Program-made: the position numbers and the translations under genes
Shown: positions 35,501 through 48,610 of the stretch, piece after piece
Position numbering within the stretch: position 1 is the first letter of the stretch
How the letters are laid out: every line of letters begins with the position of its first letter
Assembly: GCA_000004985.1 (NCBI GenBank)
Contig: GG738912.1
Strand: one strand, 5' to 3'
Source of the DNA: Naegleria gruberi
Lineage: Eukaryota
Length of the DNA: 64,000 nt
The notes under the pieces: generated by a model
Databases searched by the model: none
What the model was told of the DNA's origin: nothing
What the model saw: the letters and a program-made list of their open reading frames with translations, nothing else

Positions 35501-38500
35501 AGAGAAACCAAATGAACTAGTATCAATACTAAAATCACACTTTTCACCAAACCAACCAGATTTACAAGTTTGACAATTGGCACCTTCTGCATTACCTGAA
35601 CATATGCATGATCCATCATTTGAACAAGTTCCCTTTCTATTACAAGTAGTTTCGGCAGAACATTGATATTGACATTGATCACCAACATAGCCATCAATAC
35701 AACGTTCACAGAATGGACCAGTAAACTTATCAGAANNNNNNNNNNNNNNNNNNNNNNNNNNNNNNNNNNNNNNNNNNNNNNNNNNTCTAATATCCTTATC
35801 AATGTAATTTCAAACACTCTTACACAATCTAGTTTCAGGAGTTGATGGAGAGTTACAAGATTGAATGACAGAATAGCAAGCAAGTCTTGCATTTGACTCT
35901 TCACATGTAGAATTACAAACTGTACCTTGTCCTTGAATCTTTACAATATTTGAATCATAGAGAGATTTAGCAGACTTGTCAAGTTGACTCATGGCATTAG
36001 TAATCAATTGTCTAGCATCAGTTGCATTGGCAGCTCCAGATGAGTAATGAGTATTCAATACCTTAAAGTTTTGAAGATGTGTTTTACAGAATGAAAGTCC
36101 AGAAGGTGGAATAGGAACACATGAGGCAGCTGGTGTATAAATAGTACAATCATCTCCAGTAAATTCAGGTGGACATACTTTAACACAGTTTCCTTGAGCA
36201 TTCTTTACATATCCGGAAATACATGAACCACATGGATTTGTAGCGAGTTCAGTAACATACTTTTCTTGACATTTACAATAACCTTGATAACCAGTGGTGT
36301 CCTTGTAGACACATTGTCCATATTGACCACATCCATCAGCACAATCAGCTGGTAAACGAATACAATTACCATTTTCATTATTGAAACCAAATGGACATAC
36401 ACAAACACCTTTTTGTAAAATAAATCCAGTCTTACACGAGCTACACAAGTCTCCAACAAATAAATCGCTTGTACATTGACACTTGGCAATACCAGTTGAG
36501 TTGAGACAAACACCTCCATTCAAACAAGTAAGTTTACAAGCAACTTCTGGTTGACCAGGAGCAGTTTCACACAATGAACCAGAATAACCATTAATGCATG
36601 AACAAAATTCCTTATTGGAAGCATCAAATTTACACAATCCTCCATTCAAACATTGCTTTGAACAAATTTTCTTTTCACACAAATCACCTTCATAACCAGA
36701 ATTACAATTACATTTAGCAATACCAGTAGAGTTGGCACATTGACCACTGACACATTTCAAGGTGCAAGGATTTGGAATCTTCTTTTCACACAAATCACCT
36801 TCAAATCCTGAATTACAAGTACATTTAGATACACCATTGACATTGTCACATCGTCCGTAAACACATAGTAAATTACATGATTGTTTTTCACACAAATCGC
36901 CTTCAAAACCATTGTTACACATACATCTGGCTGTTCCTGTTGTGTTTGAACAAAGACCATTGACACATTTCAAGGTACATGGATTTGGAATCTTCTTTTC
37001 ACATAAATCACCTTCAAATCCTGTATTACAATTACATTTGGCAATACCAGTTGTATTTGAACATTGTCCACTTACACATTTCAATGTACATGGATTGGCT
37101 GATAGTTTTTCACACAAATCACCTTCGAATCCATAATTACAAACACACTTCATCACACCATTGACATTGGTGCATTGACCATTGACACACCTCAAAGTAC
37201 ATGGTGCAGTTGTTTGTTTTTCACATAGATCACCTTCATAACCAGTGTTACAAACACATTTAGCAATTCCAGTTGTGTTAGCACATTGACCATTGACACA
37301 TTTCAGTGTGCAAGGATTGGCTGATTGTTTTTCACATAAATCGCCTTCAAACCCTGGACTACAAATACACTTCATCACACCATTAACATTTGAACATTGT
37401 CCATTGACGCATTGTAAAACACATGGTGTGGTGGATTGTTTTTCACACAAATCACCTTCATAACCAGTATTACAATTACATTTGGCAATTCCAGTTGTGT
37501 TAGTACATTGGCCATTGACACATTTCAAGGTACAAGGATTTGGAATCTTCTTTTCACATAAATCACCTTCAAATCCTGAATTACAATTACATTTCTGAAC
37601 TCCATTAACATTTGAACATTGACCATTAACACATTGTAAAGAACAAGGGGCATTGGATTGCTTTTCACACAAATCACCCTCATAACCAGCATTACAAATA
37701 CACTTTGGTGTTGCACCAGAACCAACACATTGACCATAAACACATGCCTTGCCACATGGTGATCTTTCTGGTACAGAACAAGTCTTTCCAGAATAACCAG
37801 TATTACAATTACAATAAGCTGGATTTTGATAAGAATCAGCAGTTCTCATCATGACAGCTTCATCTCCAATTAAGACACTAGTGCCAGAGGTACAAGTACT
37901 GTTAGTTTGAATTTGACAGAATTGACCTGTTTTACCAGAAGTACAAACACAACTACTTGTTCCATAGCTGCATTAAAGTAACTGAAACCAACATTGGTAC
38001 AATAATTATCATAATTGACGCAAGTTTTAGCATTGTAACGAGCAGTAACAGCAATACAGACTGGATTAGATGCTGGACAATCAAGACTAGTGGAACATTG
38101 TTCTTGGCATAATCCACTTCTACATTCAGAGTTATAATAACCCATTCCCAAACAATCAGCTTTAGTTTCACATAATCTGGCAACACATTTCTTTTGGTTA
38201 TTACAATATGGGGTCTTTGTGGAAGCTATTCCTTGACAATCAGCATCAGTTGCACATTGTTCAACACATTTAGTGTTTGAGCATTTTGGTTTGTTTGGAT
38301 CTTTACAATCATTATTACTTGAGCATTCAGAATGACAAATCATTTGACTTGAATTTGTGGAAATTAAAGAAACAGAAAAACTTCTAGAGGATGCAACAAT
38401 ACAAGATGGATAATTTGGATTTGTACAATCAGAGTTTGAGGAACACTTTTGATATGAACATCCCTTATATCCAAGAAGTAAATCTTGGCAAACTTCATAT

Positions 38501-41500
38501 GCATTTCCACATTGAGAATTGTCAGTACATCCAGCTGAACACTTATTATTGATACAAATCTTTCCTGAAGAACAATGGGCTGAGGTGGTACATTCTGGTG
38601 CACACTTTTTAGCGACAACATCACATCTTGAATTCACTGGATCGTTACAAGTAATGGTTGGGGATACAAGATTGCATTCATAGAAACAAACAGTTTGATC
38701 TGAAGAATAAAAAGTTGAAGCACTCGAGCTCACTTTGCTATAAGGAATACAAGCACTATATGTTCCAAGATTTGCACATTCTGAGCTTGAAGAACACTTC
38801 TTATAGGCACAATCATATTGGTTAGAAGAGTCCTTATAACAAACTTTGTTAGTAGAGGCACACACATCCCTATCAGTAATTTGATCACAACTTGAGCAAG
38901 TTCCTGCATTACAGAACTTCTTATTACCATAACTAAAACAATCTGTATCACTTGCACATTGAGATGCGCAAGTTCCATATTTAGTATTACATACTGGATA
39001 TTTTGGATCTTTACAATTTGTATTGGATGTACATTCTGGAGAACAAACAGTTGCTGAAGTATTCAATGTCAATCCATTAATAATATATCCAAAAGTTGAT
39101 GCTGGTTTACAATATTTGAAGAGTAAACCCTTACAATCAGTATCAGCATTACAAAGTTTGTAATTACAAGATTTGCTTCCATCCAAATGAAGTGCACAAC
39201 CCTTAGTACCATCACAAAAACCATCACTTGTACATGGGGCACACTTGGTATTCACACAAAAGTTCTTTCCACATTGACTATTGGATGTACATTCTGGAGC
39301 ACAAACGTTTTTGGTACATTTGGATTTGAATGGATCTTTACATTGACTGTCAGATGTACATTCAATATCACATGTTCCCTTATTACAAATTGGATAGGAA
39401 GCTCCACAATCAGAGTTAGAGAAACAAGGTTTCAATTCACAATCACCAGTTGCATTACAATATGGTCTAAAAGCATCAGTACAAGAACTATTAGAGGTAC
39501 AGAATGGAACACATTCTTTCCAAGAAGTACATTTGTGTTTGTTATAGGTTGAACTACAATCAGCACTTGTTGAACATTCATTCAATTTGACACGACACTT
39601 GTTAGTGGAAGTATCACAAGCACTTGTACTATTACAATGACTATCAAGTGTACATTCTGGTGAACAAACACCTGATCTACATCTTGGTTTGGCAGCAGTT
39701 GAACAATCGCTATCGATATCACATTCAGGTTTACAATAGCCAGATCTACAATATGAGTTAGGACTAGTAGATCCACAATCCATTGCAGAGGTACATGCCT
39801 TATATGAACAATCACCAGTGGTGGTATTACAAGTTGGGAAAGCATAATTCGTGTTGCAGTCAAAATTGGTAGCACAATTGGCAACACACTTATTTCCTGA
39901 ACATTTGTGTCTATTCGCAGTACCACTAAAAACTCCAAGTTAAAAATGAAATATTTCACAAACTTACCTGCAATCAGAATTTTCATTACATTCAAAGGTA
40001 CAAATCTTTTCACTTTGAGAGAGTATACTTTCATCATAAATATTGAATTTGCTTGCTGGGAAACATCCTCTACCTGAAGGACATTCACTAGTGGATGAAC
40101 ATTTCTGATATGTACACAACGTATATCCAGATGGAGTAATACCACAATAGTCCTTATTTGGTAATCCACCTGTACAGTCTGCTGTTGTTTTACAGTTGGC
40201 ACATGTTCCTCCAATGCATTTAGAATAACGGAAATTAATATTAGTTATGCAATCAGAATCTTGTGAACATGGACTAGATGCAACACATTTAGCTCCAAGA
40301 TTGGTATTATTCTTTACACATAATTGCTTTTCAACTGATTTACAGTCATCACCCATGCATTCCTGTTACAATTTTGTTACAATCAAAAATGTTGAAAAGA
40401 TTCTTAAAACTTACACCATAGCAATGAGTTCCAATGCATGAACTGAACCAAGGATTAGTACAAGTAACATTGGCATCACAATAATTGGTACATCTTCCAT
40501 CAACACAAGCTGTTTTATCGTCATCTCTTCCAGAACATTGACTGTGTGTTTCACATTCTTTTTACAAATTTAGAATAAAAAATCAAAAAGAAAACATACC
40601 TGATTTACACAAACCATCCGAACAACGTGTAAAAGCTCCCCAAGTACAATCAGCTGCAGAAGAACATGTTTTAAGTGCACAATCATTAGAGGTGGCGTTA
40701 CAAATTGGATGACTTCCAATAGGACAATCAGAATCTGATTGACAATTTTGAACACATTTTCTACCTGCACATTTGTGCTTGTTTAAAGTTCCACTATATA
40801 TATGATTTTCAGGAAAATATTCCTATAACACTGAACTTACCTGCAATCAGCATCAGTTTCACAATTATAATCCAAGCAAACTCTTGTTTCTGGATCTTCA
40901 AAATCATTAATACTAAAGTCTGTTGCCTTCCAACATTTCTTCTCTCCTGGACAATCACTAGATGATGAGCATCTTTGATAGGTACAAGCAGTGATACCAT
41001 CATCAGTCAATCCACAATAATACTTGTCATTATTTGGACAATCTGAATTTTGTAAACAGTAAGCACATGTACTATTCATACACTTTGAATAAATCCAGTG
41101 ATAATCATTTGATGAACCGCATTGGGAATCTGATGAACATGCAGAACCTAAAAAAGTAATAAATTATTAGTATTTTAATATAAAAAAACATACCTGGAAC
41201 ACATAAATTACCACCATTAGTACTATTATGATAACATTTTGGCTTTTGAAGTGATTTACAATCATTTCCAGTTGAGCAAGACTATTTTCAGTAATTAATA
41301 TAAATGTAATAGTTATTCAAAACTTACAGGGAAACAATAATTACTCAAACATTTACCGAACCAAGGATCAGTACATGGTTGATCATCACTACAATAGTTA
41401 GTACACTTGTTATCCATACAGACATGTTTACCATCTGTCTTATCTTTACAATCAGCATTGGATGTACATTCTATTACAATGATTAAGTATTACTGAAAAT

Positions 41501-44500
41501 TACAAAATGTTAAACTTACCATAAGAACAAACTGAATTAACACACAATGAATTTCTATTTCCAAGAGGTGAACATTCATCATTGGATGTACATGATTGAG
41601 CAACACAAATACCACCATCAGTTGTCTTTGCATTTGCTGGTCTTTGACATTTACCTTTTCCTGGCATGGAACATTCCAAATCCTTGGTACATTCTAAAAA
41701 GGCATTAAATTATAAACATTCTACAAGTTAAAACTTACCATGACGACACATTCCATTCACACAATGAGGGAAATAACCTTCTCCATAAGATTTACAACTC
41801 TCATCACTTGTACATGTTTGTGTAATACATTTAAATTTAGAAGCATCACACCTTTGAGTACCTGGTCTTCCACTACAATGAAAATCAGTAGAACATTCTC
41901 CATTACATCTATTATTATCACACATTGGACTCCAATTGAATCCCAAACAACCATAATCACCAAGACATACTTTTTCTTTACAAGAATAATTTGATAAATC
42001 ACAAGATGGTCTAGTTGGGGAGGTACAATTGGTGTCAGCAATACATTCCTTACCACAATTCATCAGGCCAGTTAGAGGACTTGTCATACATGCACCGAAT
42101 TTTGAAGGACAATCATCATTGGATTCACAAATATCATTCAAGTTATAAGTTGCACATTCATATCCATTCTTGGCCATGCAAACATTAAATGTTCCATAAC
42201 AATCATTATCAACAAGACAAGCTGTTGCACATTTTCCAGATTTACAATACTTATTGGCTCCATCTTGAGGACAATCACTATCTTGACTACATGTTCTTTC
42301 AACACAGACATTATTTTCACAAATTGGTTTGCCAGGAGTATTAGAACAATGAGAATCAGTTTCACATTCAATGGCACAAACTTTAGAATTTCCATACATG
42401 GTAGAATAGGGAGTTACTCTACAGCCCTTTGTGGAAGCAGGACAATCTTTACCATATTTACACATAGTAGGAACACACATATTCAATGTAGTATTACAAG
42501 TTGGGGTATCCAAATATGAACTACAATCAGATGAGGAAGCACAAGGTGGATACATGGCCTTACATTGAGAATTAATACAATACTTATTGACACCATTTTG
42601 TGGACAATCCTTATCAGCTGAGCATGATTTAGCAACACAAGTATTTGAAGAACAAGTTGGTTTTCCATTAACATTCTTACAATTGGCATCTTCTGTACAT
42701 TCCACCTTTGAACAATAACTTGTTCCATTCAATGGCAAGAATGAACAATATTTGTAAGAAGTAGAGCTGCATTCAGATGAAACGATGCATGGCTTTGGTA
42801 CACATGCTCCATTTTTGTTACAATATGGTTTACCAGGTACTGATTCACATTCAGAATCAACACTACATTCAACATTATCACAAGTTGATCTAACACAATA
42901 TGGATAAACAGGATTTGTACAGTTAGAAGAGGTAGTACATGGTGTCTTTTCACATCTACTTCCCTTAGCTCCGTAATCAACACAAATTGGGAATCTAGCA
43001 GAAGTACAATCAGCATTTGAAGAACATGTCTTTTTACAAGTTCTATAACTTGTTGAGGAACTATCAGTGTCACATTTTCCAAATCTATATTCATTAGTAC
43101 AATCACTATCTGAAGCACATTCAAAGGCACAAACACCACTAGATCCACAGAAATACATACCATTGGTAGTACAAGTAGATACTGCATATGTATTGGCAGT
43201 AGAACAAGATACTGGTGAACAATAAGAAACTCCAGAAACTGATTGACAAAGCTTGTTGGCAGAGAAACCAGAACATGAACCACAAGGTCTCTTACAAGTT
43301 AATGAATTGGTACGAACCATTCCAGGTTTACAGGCACAATTATCTTTAGATTCACACCAACCAGCATCAACAGATCCACAAACTTCAGGATTATCTGATT
43401 TCATTGATCCACAAGTGGTAATATTACAACTGGATCCAGTGAAAGAGTTTGTACATGTACAAGTATCAGGTTTAGAACAAGTACCATGGCCACTACAAAC
43501 AAGTGAATTTGAAGCAGGGATACCAAAACAAGAAATTGCTTGACATTGACTTCCAGAATAACCACTTTGACATTTGCATGTATCCTTAGCGATACATTTA
43601 CCATGTCCACCACAAACAGATGTATCTAAATTGGAAGATCCAAAACAAGTTGTTTGTTCACAATTACTTCCATTGAAACCAGAATTACAGGTACAGTTAT
43701 CAAAACCAGAACAAACACCATTTCCACTACAAACTGTAGAATTGGTATTTGGAATTCCATTACAAGTTGTAAATTGACATTGATTTCCATTATGATTAGG
43801 AGTACATGAACATTTATCTAATGAATCACATGTACCATGTCCACTACAAACACTTGAATCATTTGCTACCTTATCAAAACACTTGAGTTGACAATCAGGA
43901 CAAATAACACCCTCACAATCAGCACCATTCAAACCAGTTCTACATTTACAAATACCACTTCCGACTTTTTTGGACTTGTCATAAATGAATGTACATTGAC
44001 CTCTTCCATTACAAACATCCAAAGCAGAAGAATACTTTCCATTACATTGAATTTCACATTTGTGATCAAAATCAATTCCAGGAATAGTACTAATGCAACT
44101 CTTTGGAGTGAGAATTTTGATCGAATTTGAGGATGAATGGACATACATGATAGATCCATCATCTAACAATACCATATCAGAGGCACCAGCCATCAAAGAT
44201 TTAACAGAACTATCAGTACTAAGATAACCCGTATCTTTAACAATTGTATAGAATGTAGTGAATGTCGGATCTGTAACAAATACTTGTTCTCTATCAGAAA
44301 CATAAACGATTGAACCTGCTGAAGCAAAAGTGAATGCTGGATAAATTTCACCAGCCCAAACGAGATCCAAAGTGTAAATTGAAATAACATTCTTCTTGAA
44401 AACATAGACATAGTCACCAGCAACAGCCACATTCAAAACAAACCTTGCACCAACATTACTCAAATCTCCAAGATAGTTACAACTTTTACCTTGATTGACA

Positions 44501-46053
44501 GCACTATGTTTACAAAGATATTCCTTATAGGAAGCAACTTGTATAGCATACATACTTTGTGTTTTTGAGCTGAAACCACCAAATGTCAATTCTCCCCAAA
44601 AACATGAAGAACCACAAGAGCTAGCGCTAGAACCATCTGAGCCAGCAGAAGAGGCACCACCAAATGAAATGACAACATTACCATTCTGAGCAATTTTCAA
44701 AAGGAAAGTTCTACCACCATCAGTTGCCATACAAAAGATTACATCATTATCATCAATAGAAAGTGTTCTTGGATAATATGGAGCAATATTTGCTACTGTT
44801 GTAATTATATTAGTCAACAAGTCAATCTTTCTAATTCTTTTACCATTTCCTTCAGCAATATACAAGTAATTACCCTTTTTGGCAATCTTTTTAATATTGT
44901 TAAAATAAGCAAATTTGTAAGAATCATAATCTCCAATATTTTCAACATCTCCACCAGCAATTTTAGTGAATGAAAGTAAATCAAGATCAACTAAATAAAC
45001 AGAAGAAGATTCAGCAACAATAAGAGTCTTGGAATTGAGTTGAGTTGCAGAGACAAGCTTTTTTTCAAAACTGAGCCATGTTGAAATAGTTCCACTATTT
45101 GCATCACCACTGAAAAGCTTAATATTGTTATTGGAAAGGAAATACTTTTTAGAGTTTACAGTGAAATAATTACTTAATGGACCACATTTAGAATTTGTAG
45201 CATCACCATCAACATCGTACACCTCACCATATGAACACCAAGCAATTAATTCAGCATCACTTGGGGAAGGTTGAGCAATCTTGTAAACACGTTTTTGTTT
45301 TGTCATACTATAATCACCATCTATCATAAAGTACATGGTCTCATCAGCATCAACAAAGAGTGAAATACCAATATAGTCCAAGCCATAAATCACATCTCCA
45401 GCAGTAGTCTTGATCAAGAGTGATTTCAATCCTTTATAAAGAATACCTCCAGATCCAGAATCCATGTTACTAGTGTCAGCTGTGTATAACTTTATCATTG
45501 AACTACCATCGATAGTAATCTTTTCAAACCAAAGTTGATAAGCAATAGAGTTTGTACCACTGACACGATTAACCATATCCCAGTGAGTAAAATAAATGTA
45601 GCCATTTCTGTAACTAATAGCCCTAATATTCGCATAAGTTCTAGAAATGTAGGTTGGTGTAAAGGAAAAAGTTGCACCAGTGGTCAAATCAATTCTTCCG
45701 ATAGAAGCTTTATCTGATTTAACATAGAAGAGGTACTTTTCACCACATGTCATATCTTTGGTAATTCCAGAAACATCAATAATCTTAACAAACTTGGATG
45801 GATTTACCATTTTATAAACAGAAGAATCAGTGACAACATAAATGGTCTCATTAATGTTACATGTTCCAATAATATTCTTGATAGGAACATCAAGACCATA
45901 TCCATCAGGGAATTTAACAGGACGAGAGTGTGAGCTCAAAAAATCCTTACTCTCAAACTCATAGAACGAGTAAGGTGTTGTTGCATGGACAAGGGCACAT
46001 GCCAGGAGTACTGTTAGAACAAGTACCCATAAAGAGTTTCGTTGTAGCTCCAT
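32528..46053 (-). CDS. Giant type-I receptor-like protein, paralog C (~13.5 kb, >=11 exons, >4000 aa): signal peptide, beta-propeller-like region, tenascin-type EGF repeats, CxxDxDC Cys-rich repeats, EGF array, PKD/REJ-like module, TM. Interrupted by the assembly gap, plus one unresolved frame break
   Basis: The start ATG at 46053 precedes the signal 'MELQRNSLWVLVLTVLLACALVHA'. Exon 1 ends at 41739 (...GMCRHG|). Introns read from sequence are 41694-41738, 41471-41519, 41282-41327, 41148-41193, 40794-40840, 40558-40599, 40363-40414 and 39926-39967 (42-52 nt, GTAAGT/GTATGT..AG). Each joins Cys-rich modules, e.g. '...CETDADCR|SGT..NKHKC'. The 37870-39783 and 35810-37852 blocks are in different frames with no valid splice between them (~37973-37998). 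A GTAAGA donor at ~35819 runs into the N gap. The last exon, 32528 to at least 35735, encodes 'CERCIDGYVGDQC...CSNDGSCICS...' then 'ISKACGSIYLDASGSSSLDRRSLIYSWTT' (PKD/REJ-like). It ends with the TM 'YIALILLIIPVLLIIVAVVGLIVCV' and 'LRRKKGK'. Confidence 0.7.
35736..35785. other. Assembly gap (50 N) inside paralog C
   Basis: A run of 50 'n' characters; coding sequence continues on both sides. Confidence 0.99.
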
Positions 46054-47684
46054 TTTTTTGTTCAAACTTGTTTTTGCTGGGTAGCTTAGCCAACCGCAAC
46101 ATGTGTTGTTGTTAAACATGTCTATTTTAATGCTTAGATTCAAGAGATCGTCTTCATTGCCATATTGTATCACTACAAACATAGTATTTATTGTAAATGC
46201 ATGCCTTTATTTAAAGAGTACTAATAAAGACATGAAGATGGGGCTCCAAACTTGTGTTTAATCTCCTAATTGTAAACATGCACTTTTGGGAGATTCTGGC
46301 TTTTAAGGCGCAAGTGTATTTGAGACATTCACCGACTATTAAGAGGCCTCTGTTGTTTCACATAGGACGATAATTGGTTCTGTGTGTATTACCACAGCGA
46401 GGAAAACCACAAGAAATACAAGACTTCCTTAGTTTTCCTCAAGTTAAAACTTGGCGGAAACACATGCTGTGATATATTAATAAACCTTAATGATTCACCT
46501 TAATTAGGGTGGAAACACAACAAATTAATAGTATGCAGTTCACCCGTTTTACGTTGCCAGCTGAATCATTGGCTTGCAAGAAAAATGAAAGCGATACAAA
46601 GTCTACCCAAGTATGCGATACCAAATCATACCGCTAATTTGCTGTAGTTCCAAAAAAAGTCCATTCTGGGAATCAAAACAAAATTTTCCTACACTATTTG
46701 AGTTTAGCTCCTCAAATCAAACCAAAAGCTAATAAGGAACTGAAGGATGAATAAGGAAGAAAAAATCGACAGCGCTAAATCAAACTTTTAAAGCACGAAT
46801 TAGGTTGGACCAAGGCAGACCCACTCTTAAAATATATTCCCTTCACTCTGATATTCGAGTGCCAAGCAAGCAAATGCTCTTGAGCATTTCCGGCTCCAGA
46901 ATTTTGGTGTGAATGCTCGTGTGCAAGCTCCTCTATTTCCATTTATAACCTTCAGTTCCATTCCTGACCTTCAGTTCCATATTAAAATATCAACAAAATG
47001 TATTTTAAAATGTATTATTAATAATATAATAAGGCTGGCAATTATTTGTTGTTGAATCAGTCCTGTTGGTTGAATTGGCACATTGTGTTTCTTTGATTTT
47101 GTGTTTACCTTAATTAAAATAGTAGCGAGAAATAACGTTGCTTACTACATGTATGTATTCTACCTTATTCCAGATCCATTTCCAAGTGGAAAAAGCAAGG
47201 GTTGTGAAGGATTTATTTATTTTGGAAGCTCTGTTATTAGTTGTAAGGATTTATGGATTAATAGTCAACAGGTGAAATTACCTCTAATGTTTGATATAAA
47301 GCTAGTGAATGTGCAATTAAAGTCAGTGTTCAAATCGTAAAACCCATTAATGATGGGCCAAACAAATTTGGATACTAAGAATTTGCCGCCTGTCAAAATG
47401 AAAACCGTTACGATTATTAAATAATAAATATTCACCATCAGAAAAAAACTTACCAACAAGAAATCACACCAACAACAATCAATAATTTATTTACCATGGG
47501 TGTGATTTCTTGTTGGTAAGTAGTTAGTTCAAAAAAATTGATGTGATAGAGCTGTAACATATTTCCACGTATCAACCAATTTCACACTTATCTCATCAAC
47601 ATTAGGTATCAAGCAAAGATGATCTTGCCATTACAATATCCGTCGAGGCTTTAAACCCCAGATAGTACGCACTCGCAGATGCTC

Positions 47685-47693
47685 GTATAAATA
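47685..47693 (+). promoter_or_regulatory. TATA box (TATAAATAA) ~45 nt upstream of the GST start codon
   Basis: 'gctcgTATAAATAAttcacgg' followed by ATG at 47737. Confidence 0.5.
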
Positions 47694-47736
47694 ATTCACG
47701 GTTCTTCAAAGATGATGTTTTCACACACAAACAAAA

Positions 47737-48551
47737 ATGCAACTCCACTACTTTAACATCCAAGCTGTAAGTAATCCAATAATAATTGGTTATCGTGATG
47801 TGCTAATCTCATCTTTTAACACGTTTGTGGTAAAAATTATATAAATCTTCATCGTCATCCTTGTCATCTTCGTCGTTCCTATATTGTGAAAATAATTATT
47901 ATTAATATTAATATTATTTCACAGAGATCCGAAGCCGCTTACTTGATTGCTCTCCAAGGTCAACTCCCAGTCGAAAGAAAGGGTGTTAGCAGTTTTGCTG
48001 ATAGTGACTTGAAGAAGAGTGCCCCATTCGGCCAACTTCCTCTCCTTGAAACTGATGATAGCACAGTTCTTGCCCAATCACTTGCCATTTGTCAATTTTT
48101 GGCTGAAAAGTCAAACTTGCTTCCATCCCAATCAAGTGCCAATCAAGGACAAGACTCTGCCTTGTTAAATGCTCTTGCATTGTCCTATGTTTTGGGTGTT
48201 GATGAATTCAGAAGTGAAGCTTATCGTGCTCATAGACCAACCACTGCTGAAACTGCTGAAAAAGACAAAACTGAATGGAAGGAAGGAAGACAAGCATTCT
48301 TCTTGTCTAAATTCGAACAAGTTCTTGCTCACTCAAAGAGTGGCTTCCTTGTTGGAAACACCTTGTCATGGGCTGACATTTGTCTCTATGATGCCTTGTA
48401 TGAACAAAAGTTCTTGTTTGCTTCTGATTTTGCTGAAAAGTATCCACATTTGAGCAAGTTGATGAATCAAATGGAAGAATTGCCAAATCTCAAGTCCTAT
48501 ATTAATGATCCAAATAGATTGCCACTCTACTTGCCAAAATGGAGAAATTAA
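47737..48551 (+). CDS. Glutathione S-transferase (sigma/prostaglandin-D-synthase-like class), 2 exons
   Basis: Exon 1 is 47737-47766 (MQLHYFNIQA). The intron is 47767-47924 (158 nt, GTAAGT..TTTCACAG). Exon 2 is 47925-48551. The spliced N-terminus 'MQLHYFNIQARSEAAYLIALQGQLPVERKG' matches the GST N-terminus (..YFN.RGRAE..R..L). The segments 'GQLPLLETDDSTVLAQSLAICQFLAEK' and the C-terminal helical domain are present. Confidence 0.85.
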
Positions 48552-48610
48552 TTAGTAAACTAATAAATTAAATATATTATTAAATTCTTATTGTTGTTGG
48601 AAAGTAAAAA

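Noticed and set aside
35467-35904. 145-aa minus-strand ORF containing X residues
   Set aside because: It spans the N gap in the wrong frame. The real coding frame on either side is that of paralog C.
37978-37998. 21-nt GT...AG segment as a micro-intron joining the two frames of paralog C
   Set aside because: Its length is a multiple of 3, so removing it cannot produce the required frame change. It is also shorter than every verified intron here (36-158 nt).
39582-40214. 210-aa minus ORF 'MEEHVPTVKQQQ...'
   Set aside because: It is an alternative-frame read of the Cys-rich repeat exons of paralog C; the true frame gives CxxDxDC modules.
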